64,000 bases of DNA from Amoebidium appalachense (GCA_963693365.1 CAVNZM010000006.1:8373355-8437354), one strand, 5' to 3'. Shown: positions 12,209 to 43,409, numbered from the stretch's first letter. Numbers and translations are program-made. The notes: generated by a model not told the origin, from the letters alone.

Positions 12209-13259
12209 CCGCCTCCCCTCTTTTCCCCTGCGCGGACCCCCATTCATCATACATGGTTGGGAAGCCCCGCCCATCTTTATGGCCGTCCTGCATCCGCCTC
12301 AGCAGCAGCCCGTTTTTTGTGGCTTAGTTGTACTCTGCATAAGGGATGGTCACCGGGGGGGGGGGGGGGGGGGGGGACAGAGGTGTTAATTTGAATTTTT
12401 TGCGCGCGTGTGTGGTTGGTGGTGGTGAAAGTGGCTGTCTGTGTGTGGGAGGGGGGGGAATAAGGAGATTGAGAGGGGGGCGGGGGGAGGGGGGGGGGGG
12501 GGGGGGGGGGGGGTGAAACCGGAGAAAACACACAAAAGATATTACGAGGCAGCTAGAAGCAGGCACCGCCATTACCATTGAAATTACTGCTGTCGAATGG
12601 TACCCATTTCTAGCTGGGGTAGATCGACTTAGACTTGCACGAACGAATGTTGTGAATTTATGCTTAACTGCACCAAAGGAAACCCGGGCTTAAGGCCGAT
12701 TTGGGAAACGAGGGAGAGCCTCACAAGCTCGGAAACCGGGAAAGAGGGGTGTGGGGGGGGGGGGGGGGGGGGGGGGGGGTGTTTTGTTCGGGGGGAGGGG
12801 GAGGGGATGATTTTTTATTATTATTTTTTTTTTTCTGGGGGGGGGGGGGGGGGGGTAAACAAGCTGGCGAATAACCTCAGTACAGAACCGTTAGTATTCG
12901 TTTGTCCTTACATGCCACCTCTATTCCCTTTACACAGGAGACACCAACATGCCGAGCAAGTCAGGCGAGGTGGGCACATACTCTGATGACGACAGCAGCA
13001 GGTACAACGCCTATCTGTGCAGCTGCATCAAGCTGGCTGAGTACTTGGACCGTCTCGACCAATCAGTTGAGGGCGCTGTGGCCGTGCACAGCACCCGTGG
13101 ATTCACTCATGCAAAGCAGGTGGGTGACTCATTGACCACCCGTGTACGGTGCATTTCTTCGTTTTTAGGTTCTTTCTATTCTCCTTTTTGGATTAGTTGT
13201 GTGTCTGTGCATAGTTGTACCGGTGTGTGTGTGTGTTTGTGTGTGTGTACATGCGTGTA

Positions 13260-13291
<32 letters not shown>

Positions 13292-13429
13292 TGCGTGCGC
13301 GCGCTTGCACACGTGTGTGTGCTTTCCGGGTTATGTGTGTGCTACATTCTGCCACCAGTGTTTTTGGTTTGTTGTTTGTGTAGTTTTTTTTTTTTTTTTT
13401 TTTTTTTTTTTGCGTTGCTGAGGGGGGGG

Positions 13430-13474
<45 letters not shown>

Positions 13475-13753
13475 GGTTCCTTACTTTTTTGCATGTTCTT
13501 GCATAACTGGGATCTGCGGCAAAGGTTCATCCTTGTCTTTGTCTTTGCTTGCACAAATGTGGGGGGCACGCAGAAGGCATTCATGTGATTGTGCTGCAAA
13601 TCTAATGGATGTTGTGCCGTCTGACTCAATTGAAAGTCTGTTTTCCAATTTCTTGTTTTGTCGCTTCTGCATGGCGGGGAATGGGAGGGCAGAGGGGGAG
13701 TGAACACATCGAGGCTGGCTAGGTTGAAGATGGAAGGGGAAAGTTCAACAGAA

Positions 13754-13793
<40 letters not shown>

Positions 13794-14034
13794 AGAGGGC
13801 AGGGAGGGGGAGGGGGGGGGGGGGGGGGGGGAGGATACGCGGAAATTGAACTGAGGGGGGAGTCAGTAGTCCGAAGATACTTTATATGCAGCCTACATTC
13901 GGGGGGTAGGGTTTGAATGAAGTTGTGAATTATAAGTTTTTTTGTTTGTCTTTTTTACGTGGGGAATAGGGGTTGGGTGGGTGGGTAGACTAAGTGGTGG
14001 TGGGTGGGTGGGGGGTGGGGGGAGGGAGGGGGGG

Positions 14035-14071
<37 letters not shown>

Positions 14072-14136
14072 GGGGCACGTGCTATGATGTGTACGTGGGA
14101 AAATTACCTGGTGGGCAAAAACTAATTACTGAAAGA

Positions 14137-14173
<37 letters not shown>

Positions 14174-14348
14174 TGTGTTATGATGTGTACGTGGGTGAAT
14201 TACCTGGTGGGCAAAAACTAATTACTGAAAGACGGTGTGGGTGGGGTGTGTGTGTGGGGGGGGGGGGGGGGGGGGGGGGGGAGGGGGCATGTGCTATGAT
14301 GTGTACGTGGGAAAATTACCTGGTGGGCAAAAACTAATTACTGAAAGA

Positions 14349-14390
<42 letters not shown>

Positions 14391-14474
14391 TGTGTTATGA
14401 TGTGTACGTGGGTGAATTACCTGGTGGGCAAAAACTAATTACTGAAAGACGGTGGGGGTGGGGTGTGTGTGTGT

Positions 14475-14507
<33 letters not shown>

Positions 14508-16763
14508 TGTGCTATGATATGTACGTTGGTGGGGGGGAAAGAAGTAATAAAAAAAAATGATGGGGAGAGGGGGGAGGGGGAAGATGGTGGAAAGCTTATC
14601 GCCCCTTTGTTTGTGACTGTGATCAGCAAACACAAACACTCTAACAAGAAAACATACCACCACGTGCATATCCAGGTGGTCATGTTCTCCATCACCCGCC
14701 TCTTCCACCACCTCTACTCTGCCCTCTTCCTCTCCTGGTTTCGCCTATGGCCCACCTTCACCGCCAACATCCGCAAGCCTGAAGTGTGGCACGATCTCCT
14801 ACGTAGCACCCTCTCCGTTAGCCTCCTCTCCACCTTAGTCTTCTTTCTCGTGCGCGTCATCGATTTTTCCTACGGGTTTTGGATTCTTACGGCATCTATC
14901 GTTTTCGCTCTCGGTAGCGTGGGTCAGAGTCTGTACCGCGGTGTTCTTCGCATTAGCGGCATGCTTGTTGCCTGGGGGTTCTCCCTTCTCGTTCTTTCCA
15001 CGTCCTACAACAGGTACTACATATGCCTCCCGTTTCTCTTCTTCTTCACCGTCGCATCCGCCTACATCCAAAACTGCCCCGGAGAATTCAGCCAAGTGGG
15101 TCTCGTTGCTTTCGTCACCTTCTACGTTAACGGTCTCGGGCAGTTCGGGAACGAGAACTGGGACTTCACGCTCACCGGATACAACGTCCTTATGGTGTTG
15201 TGTGGTCTTCTCTGGAGCATCCTCTCCCTTCTTCTCATATTCCCACGCGACGGCATGTGCGACCCAGTGCAGAAATTGCACACTGCGAGTGAGTCTTGCT
15301 TTGACGCATTTGACCGGGTGATGGTAGACCACGGGTTCGATCCGGACAACGAAGAACTCGCGCGGTGGCAAAACATGCACGGAGAGCAGAGGGAGAAAGT
15401 GGAGAAAATCCTTCTTTCCGCGGCAATGTCCCAGCACCAGTATATATCGTCCAAGTTCCACATCCAAATCACGCACAAGGTTTTGGGTGCCTTTGACCGC
15501 AGTCAGCGCCGTGTGTACCGTTGTCTGAAGGTTCTGTCGATCGAAGTGTTCACGGCGGTTGTTTCCATGCGTCAACTTCTCTCCATCGGCGTATTCCCGC
15601 TCCAAAACCCAAACATCTTCGTTCATGTTGCGGCTCTCACCCCAGCCTTAGTTGCGCTCACTCGCACCGTCCGTGAAATGCACACACAATTCTCCATCGC
15701 GCCCGATGGTCGCCACTACCGCATCCTCCCCAAACAGCCAACCACCCGCCCGTCGCAAGGTCCGGGTGCACACACACCCTACCCAACCCGTCAAAACCCC
15801 CCCCAACTTGAGCAAACCGTTCCTCTCGTCCCTCCCCACACCACCACTACGCACACACCCTGCTTTCTCACGGATGCCGTTGTGTTGTCGCACGAAGTGG
15901 ATTCTGCGGCAGACCATTTATGCAACGAGTACTTGTTGCTGCTACAGAAAATGGGGGTGGATGGGTCCTATTTGTCGCTCTACCCAGACATTCAATACCT
16001 GCACGGGTTTGTATATCTCGCGGCGTCGGCGGCGAAAACCCTCGCGTCTCTCGTGAGGAGCAAGGAGGCAACGGAATACGCCATTCTTCAAGCGCAGGAG
16101 GCAAAGAAAAACCCCACCGCACGCGCAACTACGGAAACTCTCGCGTCGGTCGATACCCTTTATGACAGCGCGGATATTCTCGCTACCACCGCCGCGACGA
16201 CAACCAACACAAACATTGCAGACGCAAACACACACACAGTAAACCACGGCGATCAAGACGGTGTTGTTTACACAGAGCCCCTTGCCTTCCTTTCAGCCAC
16301 CACACCTATGCCCAAACCCAAACGACCACAATCCATGAGTAGCAACAAACCTTCTAGGCTCAGCGTCGCAACACAAAAATCCAACCACACCACCACCACT
16401 GCCGCCGCTGCATCCCAAGCACCCCAACCGTCCGTCATTCCCGTTCAGAACACGACACCGTTCACCTACATCGACGTGGAACAAACGGACGAATCAGAGG
16501 AAACTGGTGTAACATCAGATTCGGAAACTACAAACGGAGAGAACGTGCGAGTTTGCGGGGAAGATGACGTACAAACGGGGCCTCGTTTAAGCTACTACGC
16601 TAGAAACCCAGCGCTTGCTAGACTTGTCGCGAGCCCGCGGAACAACAGGATGAGTTTTGCTGCCGCTATCGCAATGAGTGATGTGGAGATTTCCTCGCCG
16701 GCTTCCGTGCGCTCTGCTGCACGTGTGTCTCTTCCCAGGTGCCCCGGTTCACCCGTTCCTTAG
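9396..16763 (+). CDS. Multi-exon FUSC/ALMT-like (aromatic acid exporter superfamily) membrane protein
   Basis: Exons about 9396-10012 (multi-TM), about 11478-12043, small uncertain exons near 10327-10370, 12255-12340 and 12539-12599, then 12938-13119 and 14676-16763. The last exon has a second TM bundle with YGFWILTASIVF...VGQSLYRGVLRISGMLVAWG (FUSC_2-like R..GT..G motif) and IFPR, then a helical region and a disordered tail. The middle exon phases are not fully resolved. Confidence 0.75.
14076..14527. repeat. Intronic array of a ~62-bp unit (4 full + 1 partial) separated by poly(G)
   Basis: Unit CATGTG(C/T)TATGATGTGTACGTGGG(AA/TG)AATTACCTGGTGGGCAAAAACTAATTACTGAAAGACGG starts at 14076, 14172, 14288, 14389 and (partial) 14506. 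Confidence 0.95.
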
Positions 16764-16943
16764 GACTCATCATAGATTGCGTATACTATAAGTTTTACCA
16801 CTTATGTGATACGGTAAATTCTACTCGTCCTCAATCGTTAACACTTGATGAATAGAAAACTTACGTTAAATTTGTGTTGCTCTTGTGATTACTATAGTTT
16901 TGTTCTCTTAGGTACGATATAAAGGTGTCTTCGGCAAGGGGGT

Positions 16944-16977
<34 letters not shown>

Positions 16978-17293
16978 GAGGGGGTGGATGGGTGGGTGGG
17001 TGGGTGAGAAACAGGTAGAGGGGGGAGGGGGGAGGGGGGGGGGAGGAGGGGTCCCAAATGTGAGTGGTTTTGGGAGCGTGTATTTATAAGGCACGACCAG
17101 TGGTTTTCTTGTCTGGCAGTGCGTGGATCTGGAGTTCAAAAAGGTAGTGGACAAACCACGTGTATCTGCTGGGTGATATCCCACATCGTTTTGTACGTGT
17201 GGAACACCTAGGAGACTCATAGTTTGCCGATGTTTATGTCTTGAATTGAATGTTTGTGTGTACGTGGTGGTGAGCGGTGGTGGTGGTGGTGGT

Positions 17294-17324
<31 letters not shown>

Positions 17325-17800
17325 GTTTAAAAATGACTTTAAGGTATATTAACGCTCTCGGCAGACATATTTCTACATTTTGAATTTTTGTAAAGCATAC
17401 ACTGAGAACGAGGCAACAAAAGGGCCTTTGAGAAATCTTTATGCCTGCAGGTCTTTATTCTTAAACTGATTTTGCCGCAGCTTATAAATTTGTACGAAAT
17501 ATATCTCAAAATGAACAGGAGAAATCGATGAGCGCATTCTAGGACAGGCCTAGACCCTCCCCCTTCCCCCTCCCCCCCTACCATCTCTTTTCCACTTACC
17601 CTTTCCTCTCCCCACAGAGAGACAGACAGAGAGAGAGAGGAGGGAGGGGGGGGGGGGGGGGGGGGGGGGGGGAAAGAGAGAGAAGAGAGAGAACTTACGA
17701 GGAAGGGGGGGGGGAGAAGGGGGTGAATAAGGGGAAGAAAAAGGCACTGGATGACCAGATGTTGAGAACCGTTGAAAGGACCTTCTAATAGGTACGAAAC

Positions 17801-21463
<3,663 letters not shown>

Positions 21464-21845
21464 TTTAGGAGGGCATACATGCATGTGCGACGTGTGAACT
21501 ATGTGAAATATAGAACCATACGTTCAAACTTCAACGTTTCGCGTTGTTTATGTGTTGCTGGCTGTGGGCATGGGACGCCAGGAGCCGCGGCCCGCGACTC
21601 GCGAGTCAAAATGAGCCAATAAACGATCGGTAGATAAGAAAGCTGTCAATCTGTTGGTATTTGGTGGCATGTATTTGGCGAGCTTATGATTGGGTAAAAG
21701 AATGAATTGATGATTGGCTAGATCTGCACCGTGTGTAACGTGACGTGTGCGGGACTTGTAGTCTGTAGGACCGGGTGCACTAGACAGCTTTGCGGGGTAC
21801 AAACAAGTCCCAAAAGCACCGGAGCCGCCACTTGTGTGTGTGTGT

Positions 21846-21936
<91 letters not shown>

Positions 21937-22118
21937 TGTGTGTGTTTGTGTTTGTGCCGTGTGCGTGTGTGCGCGTGCGTGCGTGCGCGGCTCGCTCGCG
22001 CGTGTGTGTTGTGCGTATGTGCGTGTTACATGTGTTTGGCGTCAGTACGGTAGCAATGTTAGAGAGAGAGAGAGAGAGAGAGAGAGAGTGTGTGTGTGTG
22101 TGTGTGTACACGTGTGTT

Positions 22119-22200
<82 letters not shown>

Positions 22201-22659
22201 TGTGTGTTTGTGTGTGTGTGTGTATGCCACGGTACATGTGCGTGAGTGCATGCGTGCGGTGTAAATTTAAATGTGTGTGCCGCGTCACGTGCGTGCGTGC
22301 CTGCCTCAAGCTTGCGTGTGCGTGCATGCATGTACATGTGCGTTCGCATGTGTATGTGCGAGCGTGCGTCCGCGCGTTCATGTGTGACATTAGTTAGCTA
22401 GATATTCAGCTACCGTCTGTGCAAGCTCGGGCGTCTTGCGCGTGCGTGCACATGCGTCAATCTTTGTCATGCATATTTGCATATTTGGGTTAATATGCGC
22501 CCTGGTGTACATAAATGTCTCAAAATTTGCATGTGCTTTTTGTGTTCATGTGTTTGTGTAAATTTACATATTTTTATTATGTGTCGGCGTTTGTGTGTTT
22601 ATGCGTACGTGTCTGTGCGCATGCACGTGTTTGTGCGCACGCGTTTCAATGCCACGCGC

Positions 22660-22693
<34 letters not shown>

Positions 22694-22708
22694 GCGTGTG
22701 TGTGTGTG

Positions 22709-22742
<34 letters not shown>

Positions 22743-24156
22743 CACGTGTGTGCAACATGTGCATGTGTGCGTGTTTGTGTGTGTGCGCGCGCGTGTGTGT
22801 AATTGTGTGTGTGTGCGTGCAGCTGGTGTGATTGCGTGTTTGCTCGTGTTCCTGCGTGTTTGTTTGTGTGTGTGCGTGCCACAGTGTATGTGGGGTGTGT
22901 GCGTGCGTCCGCGCGCGTGCGTGTGTGCGTCTCTGTCATCTCTCTCTCTCTCTGTGTGTGTGCCACACTGTGTGTTCGCACGTGCGCGCGCATGTGTGCA
23001 TGTGTGTGAAAGCCTCAGTGTGCGGCGTGCAAGTTTGGGGGTGTGCAAGCGCCAGAAGCGCGTATGTGACACTTGTACGTGTGTGCGTGGCTTGTGTACA
23101 CAATAATCAGTAACGTGTACATGTGTGCGTGTGCGTGCGCACGCACCGTGTGCCTGCGTGTGTTTCATGGCTATAGACAGGACACCATAGCCACTGTTTC
23201 ACTGTACCAGACGTCGACCGTGCGTGCATACTCGTTTTTCACGCAGGCACACCGGCCGGATATTTCTGCAGCGCGGCCCCCGGGGCCTCGAGGCTCGATC
23301 TGAAAACAAGATCGGCACATCATGATCATACTTACACAAGCAGGCTCGTGTATATACAGTCTAAATTCATTGAGCGCCCATGAATCCCATAAAATGAAGT
23401 GCTGTTGCAATCTTCGGCTCTTTCAAGCGGGGGTGACTCGACCTCGAGCTCTTCTTCCTGAAAAATGAGAGCCATCGGGCTCAGAAAAAAGTCAGTTGAC
23501 GTTCGCTGTTGCCTGAGTTGGGCCGGGGATGATTTTCGCGCCATGGTGCCCATACAGCCAATTAATGTTGGTGTTATCTACGCCAATCAGAAAAGGCGTA
23601 AGCAATAGCCAAATAGATTTGATTGGTTATTGAAACTTTTTCGCCATGGCTTTCTAGACTCATGCCATGACGTTTTCCCTGCATTTCAATTTTCGCTCTC
23701 GTCTAAGAAAAAAAATAGCTTTTGTAGACATTGTAGTCACTTATTAAAAGGTCCTAATACAAAGTTAAAATGGTGCTACTGTATCTTTTATGTATTTTAG
23801 CATTCCCATTAATTTGCATATATAATACATTGAATTGGTAGCTTTATGCCTCATGAGAACTATGAGGTGAACGATGTCGACTTCAAATTAATCTTTGATT
23901 CATTTTCAAATTCCTTTGTGATTTGTGCAGCTAGGGGGATAACATGAAATGCTTTTTTATGAAACAACCCCCTCACAAAAACGGAACACGGGTGTCACAG
24001 ACTGGTTTCGCGTTCACCACACCGAAAATATATATATAGGGAAAGACACACTATAAAACTGAGAGAAAGCTCGATAAATAATTTTGTATAAACTCCATAG
24101 TAATTGCACAATAAGCTCTTGAAAGTCTTTTCTCCGTCTCTTCTGCACTCATTGAA

Positions 24157-28559
<4,403 letters not shown>

Positions 28560-28594
28560 TGTATTTGACAACCAAAAAAAGAGATCCGGGATGC

Positions 28595-28772
28595 ACTTTC
28601 GCTCAGCAAGATTCGAAAGCTGGACTTTCTCTTGATCGTAAATTCCGGGGTCTTTCCACGGAAGTTGTGCAGCATATTTTGTAATTTCTCGGCCACAAAA
28701 AACGATAAGGGCAATACACTTTCTTTCAGAATACGGATTCCGGACTTTCTCTTAATCACAAGTTCCGGGGTA
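28595..28772. repeat. Diverged direct repeat (~55 bp x 2) downstream of CAP paralogue B
   Basis: GGACTTTCTCTTGATCGTAAATTCCGGGGT (28622) versus GGACTTTCTCTTAATCACAAGTTCCGGGGT (28742), with similar upstream flanks. Confidence 0.6.
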
Positions 28773-29203
28773 TTTAGGTTTCCCGGTTAGAATGGAAGGC
28801 AGTTGTTGTAAGGAGAAGAAGATGTGTTTTGTCTCAATTTTGAATTTCTGGATGATTAGTTTAGGCTTTTTGGGCTGGCCCAGGCAAGCATAGGTGCCTT
28901 ATCAATAGGATAGGTGCCTTTTTAGAATTTTAGTTGGATTGCAGGCGATCGCAAACTGTGAATAACACTTTAGAGACCACTATAGTGTTTAAACTTTTGA
29001 AATAAACACTTAGAAAGTGCCGTTGGAGGGCACTTCAACCATCCATTGATTTGACTAAAATGATTGGCAGTCCCCCCCCCCCCACAACAACCACCACCAC
29101 CACTATAGCTACCCCACTACACGTGTACATGCACACACATGCCCCCCTCTGTGAAATGGAGGCTACATATAACACACCACACGTCCCCACACACAAACAC
29201 ACA

Positions 29204-29234
<31 letters not shown>

Positions 29235-30090
29235 GCGCGCGCGCGCGCGCGCACATGCACACGCAGTCTCCCTTTCCTTTAGCTCTCCTCTCTCCCCAGC
29301 TTCCGGGCCCTCCTCTTACTCGTCCCTCCTCTTTCTTCAAGCTCTAGAAGTTCTCTCTTCCCTGTAAATCTGTGCATTGTCCGTATTGAATCCCCCCCCC
29401 CCCCCCCCACCACCACCACCACCAAAACACACACACACACACACACACGTACGTTGATGACGTGCGCACAAAAAAAAAATCTGGCCACAACTCCTGTTCA
29501 GAAACAACATACCTATACATCATCCCCCCCCCCCCCCCCCCCCCCCCACAACACACAACACATGCAGTTGTTAAATTCTTTAAAAGATGTTGACCATTGG
29601 CAATCCCCCATCCCCCCCCCCCCCCCCCCCCCCCCCTCCTCCCCCCACAATCCCCCCATCTCCCCCCCCTTCCCCCCCCCCCCCAATCCCTCCATCCCCC
29701 CCCCCCCCTCCCCCCCCCCCCCCCCCCCCCACGTGCACACACACATGTTTACAAAAAGATGTTCACGATTGGCATACATCACGGCTACATTCCCTTCAAC
29801 TCCAAAGCCACATGTGTAACATTCAGTGTGGCATATGAATGACACATGTACAGACAGCATTTGATAGACCTTATAGGTGGATGAGCTCGAGTCCATACTT
29901 GGTGCGCACGTCTTTTAATCTCGCTCGTGTACCTGTCGGTATCTTCAGCTTCTACGTATACAGACAATGCTACTTGCTATAAATTTACTGTAACAAATAA
30001 TGGCTTTAGACAAACGACCAAATCTTTCGACAAATCAATATATCGGTGGTACCGTGTTTAGTGTGTGTGACACTGTGTGTGTGTGTGTAC

Positions 30091-30124
<34 letters not shown>

Positions 30125-30415
30125 CGCGCTCGCGTGTGTGTGCATGTACACATGTCTGTGTCTGTGTGCGTTTGATGTGTGCTATGTGTCCTTGAACTTT
30201 AAATGTTCACTTTACAGCAATTAAACCTCCCCCAACCAACAGCACCATGTTTGCAAGCAAGTGAATTCCCCACAAAGTTCCTTACATCGCTTACAAACAC
30301 CACCACCCAAATCCAAAATACTTAAAATTTCTATACATCAAAACTCGTTCCTTAACTCACCCACTACCACCCCGAAACCCACCCTTTCTTTAACTACACA
30401 CATACACCTTAAAGC

Positions 30416-39182
<8,767 letters not shown>

Positions 39183-40124
39183 GATCTATGCAGGGGTGAT
39201 CATCAATACAACTTCGAACAGGAAAGGATGGGGTTTTTGTGTAAGATCCTCGGTGTGCTCGCGAACGAGGGGGCAAGAAAGAGGTTTGCCGAGAGCGATG
39301 TTGGGTTCAAAATGTTATGTTTTGGAAGCAAATTTTGCAGTGAAAGAGATAGAACACAGGTGAAGGCCTATGGCACTTGTGTGAACGGTGAGGGTTCAGG
39401 ATGGTGGTTCTTTACCTTCACATACAGATCTGGGTCGCTCTGCTTGGATGAAAAAAAAAGGCGTAAAAGATCGAAGCAGCAACGCAGATGTCCCTTCGAT
39501 CTCTATGACTGAAACCAACAAAACTCAAGTCAACCTTCGTGTCCAGACTGTTATGCGCTCAACAATTGGGTGGTCCCAACCTTTTAATCTTTCAAGTTCG
39601 ACAAAGTCTAAAAGACCATCGGGCGGAAAAACTTGTACGGTTCCGAATGCAATCAGTCAAGAAGATGCTTGAAAGCACCAGTGTTATGACCCCTAGGTAT
39701 CAGTGTGTGTAAAGATCCTACCAATGCATAGATGGAAAACTAGAGAGGCTCGGGGAGTAATGTTTGAACATGAAACTGAACTAATTAGCCGGCAACCGGT
39801 CCGGGCTTACGTCGCCGAATGGGTGACGGGTGCTCCTGCTAAATCACCATAGTCCATACTAGATTCAATAGGGGTCCGGAATCAATGACGTCACTAATTC
39901 AGAAGGAGGGCAAGCACCGATTGGGGGCCGCGAGAGAATTGGCGCCAACTTTTCCCGTTTGTGAAACGGAAACAAAGTCCATGTGTGCACCACGTTACGC
40001 GGCCTAAACAAACGAAAAATATTAAACGTAAAACTAGGGAACTAAATTGTATGTTTACTTGTTATTTAGTTTTTACCTTCTGTTGCGAATCTTAAAAGGT
40101 ATACCCCTAAGGGGTGCCCACACT

Positions 40125-41667
40125 ATGCCCTCTCGTTGTGCAGCAGACCACTGCAAGGCCACTGCTGGGCCTGGTTGTAAGCAGGTGCTTATTCGAAGGC
40201 ACAGTGCAGAGGTTGTTAGTTCGTGGTTTAAGCAAATACGGCCAAGGTACACGGAAGATGACCTGAGGAAGGATCTAGGGGGTGTGCCATGTCCATTTTC
40301 CCGAAGGGTCATTTGTGTTCGGCCCCACTGGGCGAGCAACCTTAGTGGCTGGGGCCATACCGTACACACGTGAGCAAGAGGAAGGACTACGCCGGCAGGC
40401 CGAAGACGCCAAAAGGCAGCGGGAAGCAGACTTGCTCTTGGGGGAGGACGAACGCACCAAGCGTCGTCGCGAGCGGGAACAAAACGCATCGGTTGATGAG
40501 CTCAACAAACAGTTCGCCGGCACACCCAACATTGTGGTGGGGGAGCGAAACAAGCAGATTTCAGACATGGACTCGGAACTCAAACAGTTGCGGGACAAAT
40601 GTGCCGTTTTGGAAGCGCGTATGGAGACTGTTGAGCGCAAAAGCGAGAGTCTTGGTCAGCTTCTGGAAGAGAAAGAGATCAACTGCATCAGCAAACTCAC
40701 CTACGATGGTGTTGTGCAGTCGGACTTCAAAACTCGTTTCTACACACAGTTCACAACGGGCAATGCGTTCAAAGCGTTCATTTTGCTCTGTTTCGAATTT
40801 CACCTCCACCTTCTGTATATGGGGGTCGACCCAGTTACCGGGGTGGGGGCTCGGGGCCCAAAGAGAGCACTGTCGTTTGAGAACGCCCAGTCGTTTGAGA
40901 ACGCAATCCTGCTGGTGCTTGTGAGACTGCGGCACAATTTCCCGTTTCACCACATGGCCTTCCTGTTTAACATAGGTGAAAAGGCAAAACGAAAAACGTT
41001 TTGGTGGGGCTTGCTTGTATTTGCTTAAATGCATGTTCGAACACCCTCTTTTGGATCCACTACAAAACGGTGATTTACTGCAGCCGCCGTAACTGCAAAC
41101 GCCCTGCATTGTTTCAAGCAAAACTATCCCCATGTCGCTATGATTTTGGACTGCACGGAATTCTTTATTCAGGTGGCTAGTAACACTGAGCTCCAAAAGC
41201 TTACATACTCCAGATATAAAGGACACAACACTGTAAAAGTTTTAGTTGCCATGCTTCCCTCTGGTGAAATACTCTATGTATCATCGTGTTATCCAGGTAG
41301 AATAAGTGACCGTCTTATTACTGATGTGTCGGGCATAATGAAAAAATGCTGGCCTGGTGCACAGGTTATGGGAGACAAGGGTTTCCTCATAGAAGATCTG
41401 CTCAAACAAGCAAATATGCACCTTGTTATCCCTCCCTTCCTTGCAAAGGGAACAATCTTCTCACAGGAGGAGCTGGCCTCCACCCGTGATATTGCCGCTG
41501 TGCGGATTCATATTGAGCGGGCTATTGGGCGGGCGAAGGAGAACAAGATCCTCACGGATATTGTTCCCATCACCATGGTGCCCAATCACTCCCAGGTTGT
41601 CCGAGTTTGCTTTGGGCTTACACGCTTCCAACGCAAACTCGTGCACTGGGAGGAAGAAGCCCCATAA
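40125..41667 (+). pseudogene. Decayed ISL2EU/Harbinger-type transposase (THAP + coiled coil + HTH_Tnp_4 + DDE_Tnp_4)
   Basis: THAP-like MPSRCAADHC...W.....R...CHVHF; LSFENAILLVLVRLRHNFPFHHMAFLFNI; ILDCTEFFIQ, TYSRYKGHNTVK, YPGRISD, VMGDKGF, IPPF, RIHIERAIGRAK. Frame breaks near 40280 and 41000-41100. TIRs not found. Confidence 0.9.
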
Positions 41668-41848
41668 TAAAGCTAATTGTTTTTGTCCCCTCCAGCCCCC
41701 CCCCCCCCTCCCCGTCTCTCCCCCCTCTCCCCCCCCCCCCCCCCTCCCCCCCTTCAGTTACCTAGTCCCCGTGAAAAAATATGTATATATAAAAATACCA
41801 ACATAAACAAATGGCATGTGTTTATGTTTTTCACTGAAACGGGGGGAA

Positions 41849-41879
<31 letters not shown>

Positions 41880-42099
41880 GGGGGAGGAGGAGGGGGAGAG
41901 GGGGAAGGGGAAAGGAAGCCTTTAGAAAAACACGAGCCCGACAGAGAGGGAAAAAAACGAAACCTTCCTGTCTCCCCCCCCCCCCCCCCCCCCTTCCTCC
42001 CCTCTCCCCCCCAGCCCCCTCCTCCCGCCTATTCTTCCCACACACAACCACTACACATTCCTGGGTGCTCACGCACGCACGGACGCACGGACGCACGGA

Positions 42100-42135
<36 letters not shown>

Positions 42136-42672
42136 CACACGCATGCACGCACGCACGCACGCACGCACGCACAGACGCAAGACCTTGTCACCTCAGTAGT
42201 TGTGGTAACAGCCTGGCAGACCTTCATTCGTTACAGCACATGGCATACATAACCTAGTGCACAGCACTGCCTAGTTACAATTTTCATTACATTTATACAG
42301 AACACAAACACCATTTATCCTTAACCGGTTATGGTTACCATATAGCACTACTACTAGCGTTACTACAATAATAAAAGAGACTTATCACTTTACAGCGATC
42401 TACCTTTTCTTTCGAGCGAGTACAGATCTAGGTGCCTTTGCGGCCCGGGCCTCTCGGGCATACACATCATTTATATTATCTTCATCAACGATTTAACATT
42501 ATCTGCATTCACGGCCACATTAGCATTCAGCAACGGATTCTCGCGCAAGAAAATAGGATTCACATGACACCCTACTTCCTTCCCCTTAAACTTGCCACTA
42601 TCTTTTTGCCCAGACCCCCCTCCACTCTGGCCATCACCTTCCCTTTTGCACCCGGCATACACATACTTCTTC

Positions 42673-42765
42673 GCGTGCACACAGGTTAAAAATTTATGAA
42701 TTTCCTACAGCAATAGAGAGAACCAAGTTCTACGGTTTTGACTGTGCCAACACTCCCCCCGCCCC

Positions 42766-42799
<34 letters not shown>

Positions 42800-42931
42800 C
42801 CCCCCCCCCCCCTCCCCCTCCCCGCCGCCCCCCCGCTCCCTCCCCCGAAAGCGTGCACACAGGTTAAAAATTTATAAATTTACTACAGCAATAGAGAGAA
42901 CCAAGTTCTACGGTTTCAACTGTGCCAACAC

Positions 42932-42935
<4 letters not shown>
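42673..42935. repeat. Direct duplication (2 x ~85 bp) each followed by a C-rich tract
   Basis: GCGTGCACACAGGTTAAAAATTTAT...GAACCAAGTTCTACGGTTT..ACTGTGCCAACACTCCCC at 42673 and 42851. Confidence 0.9.
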
Positions 42936-42968
<33 letters not shown>

Positions 42969-43357
42969 ACCCCACACACACACCGCCCCCCTCCCCGCCT
43001 GGGCCGCCCCCCTCCTCCTCCGTTCCCCCCCTTCCCGTGATATGTCTCCTTCGCACCCACCCTTCCCCTCTCCGTGCCTCTGCTTTCTGGAGTTTTTTAT
43101 CTTTTCTCACGTTCTGCAAGTTATCCTCGAAGCACTACGCTTTCAGTTGTTTAGCACCTGTCATGGCATTTTTCATGGTCATGGTCACGGCCATCTAGAA
43201 ACACTTCTAGATGGCCGTGGGTCATGGTTCATTCAGCCAGCCCCAGATTCGGCGACCATACCCGTAATCGAGAACTACATAAATCTTTTTGAGATCCAAG
43301 AACGAAGAGTACCGGCAGTGCGTAAATGTACCGAGGCTTGTAGTGGTGTGTGTGTGT

Positions 43358-43409
<52 letters not shown>

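Noticed and set aside
14076-14527. CRISPR-like repeat-spacer appearance
   Set aside because: Units are 62 bp, the spacers are just poly(G)/GT, there are no cas genes, and the context is a eukaryotic intron.
21575-21832. hAT-like MITE (GGAGCCGCCACT end)
   Set aside because: Only one plausible terminus; no matching TIR or 8-bp TSD found.
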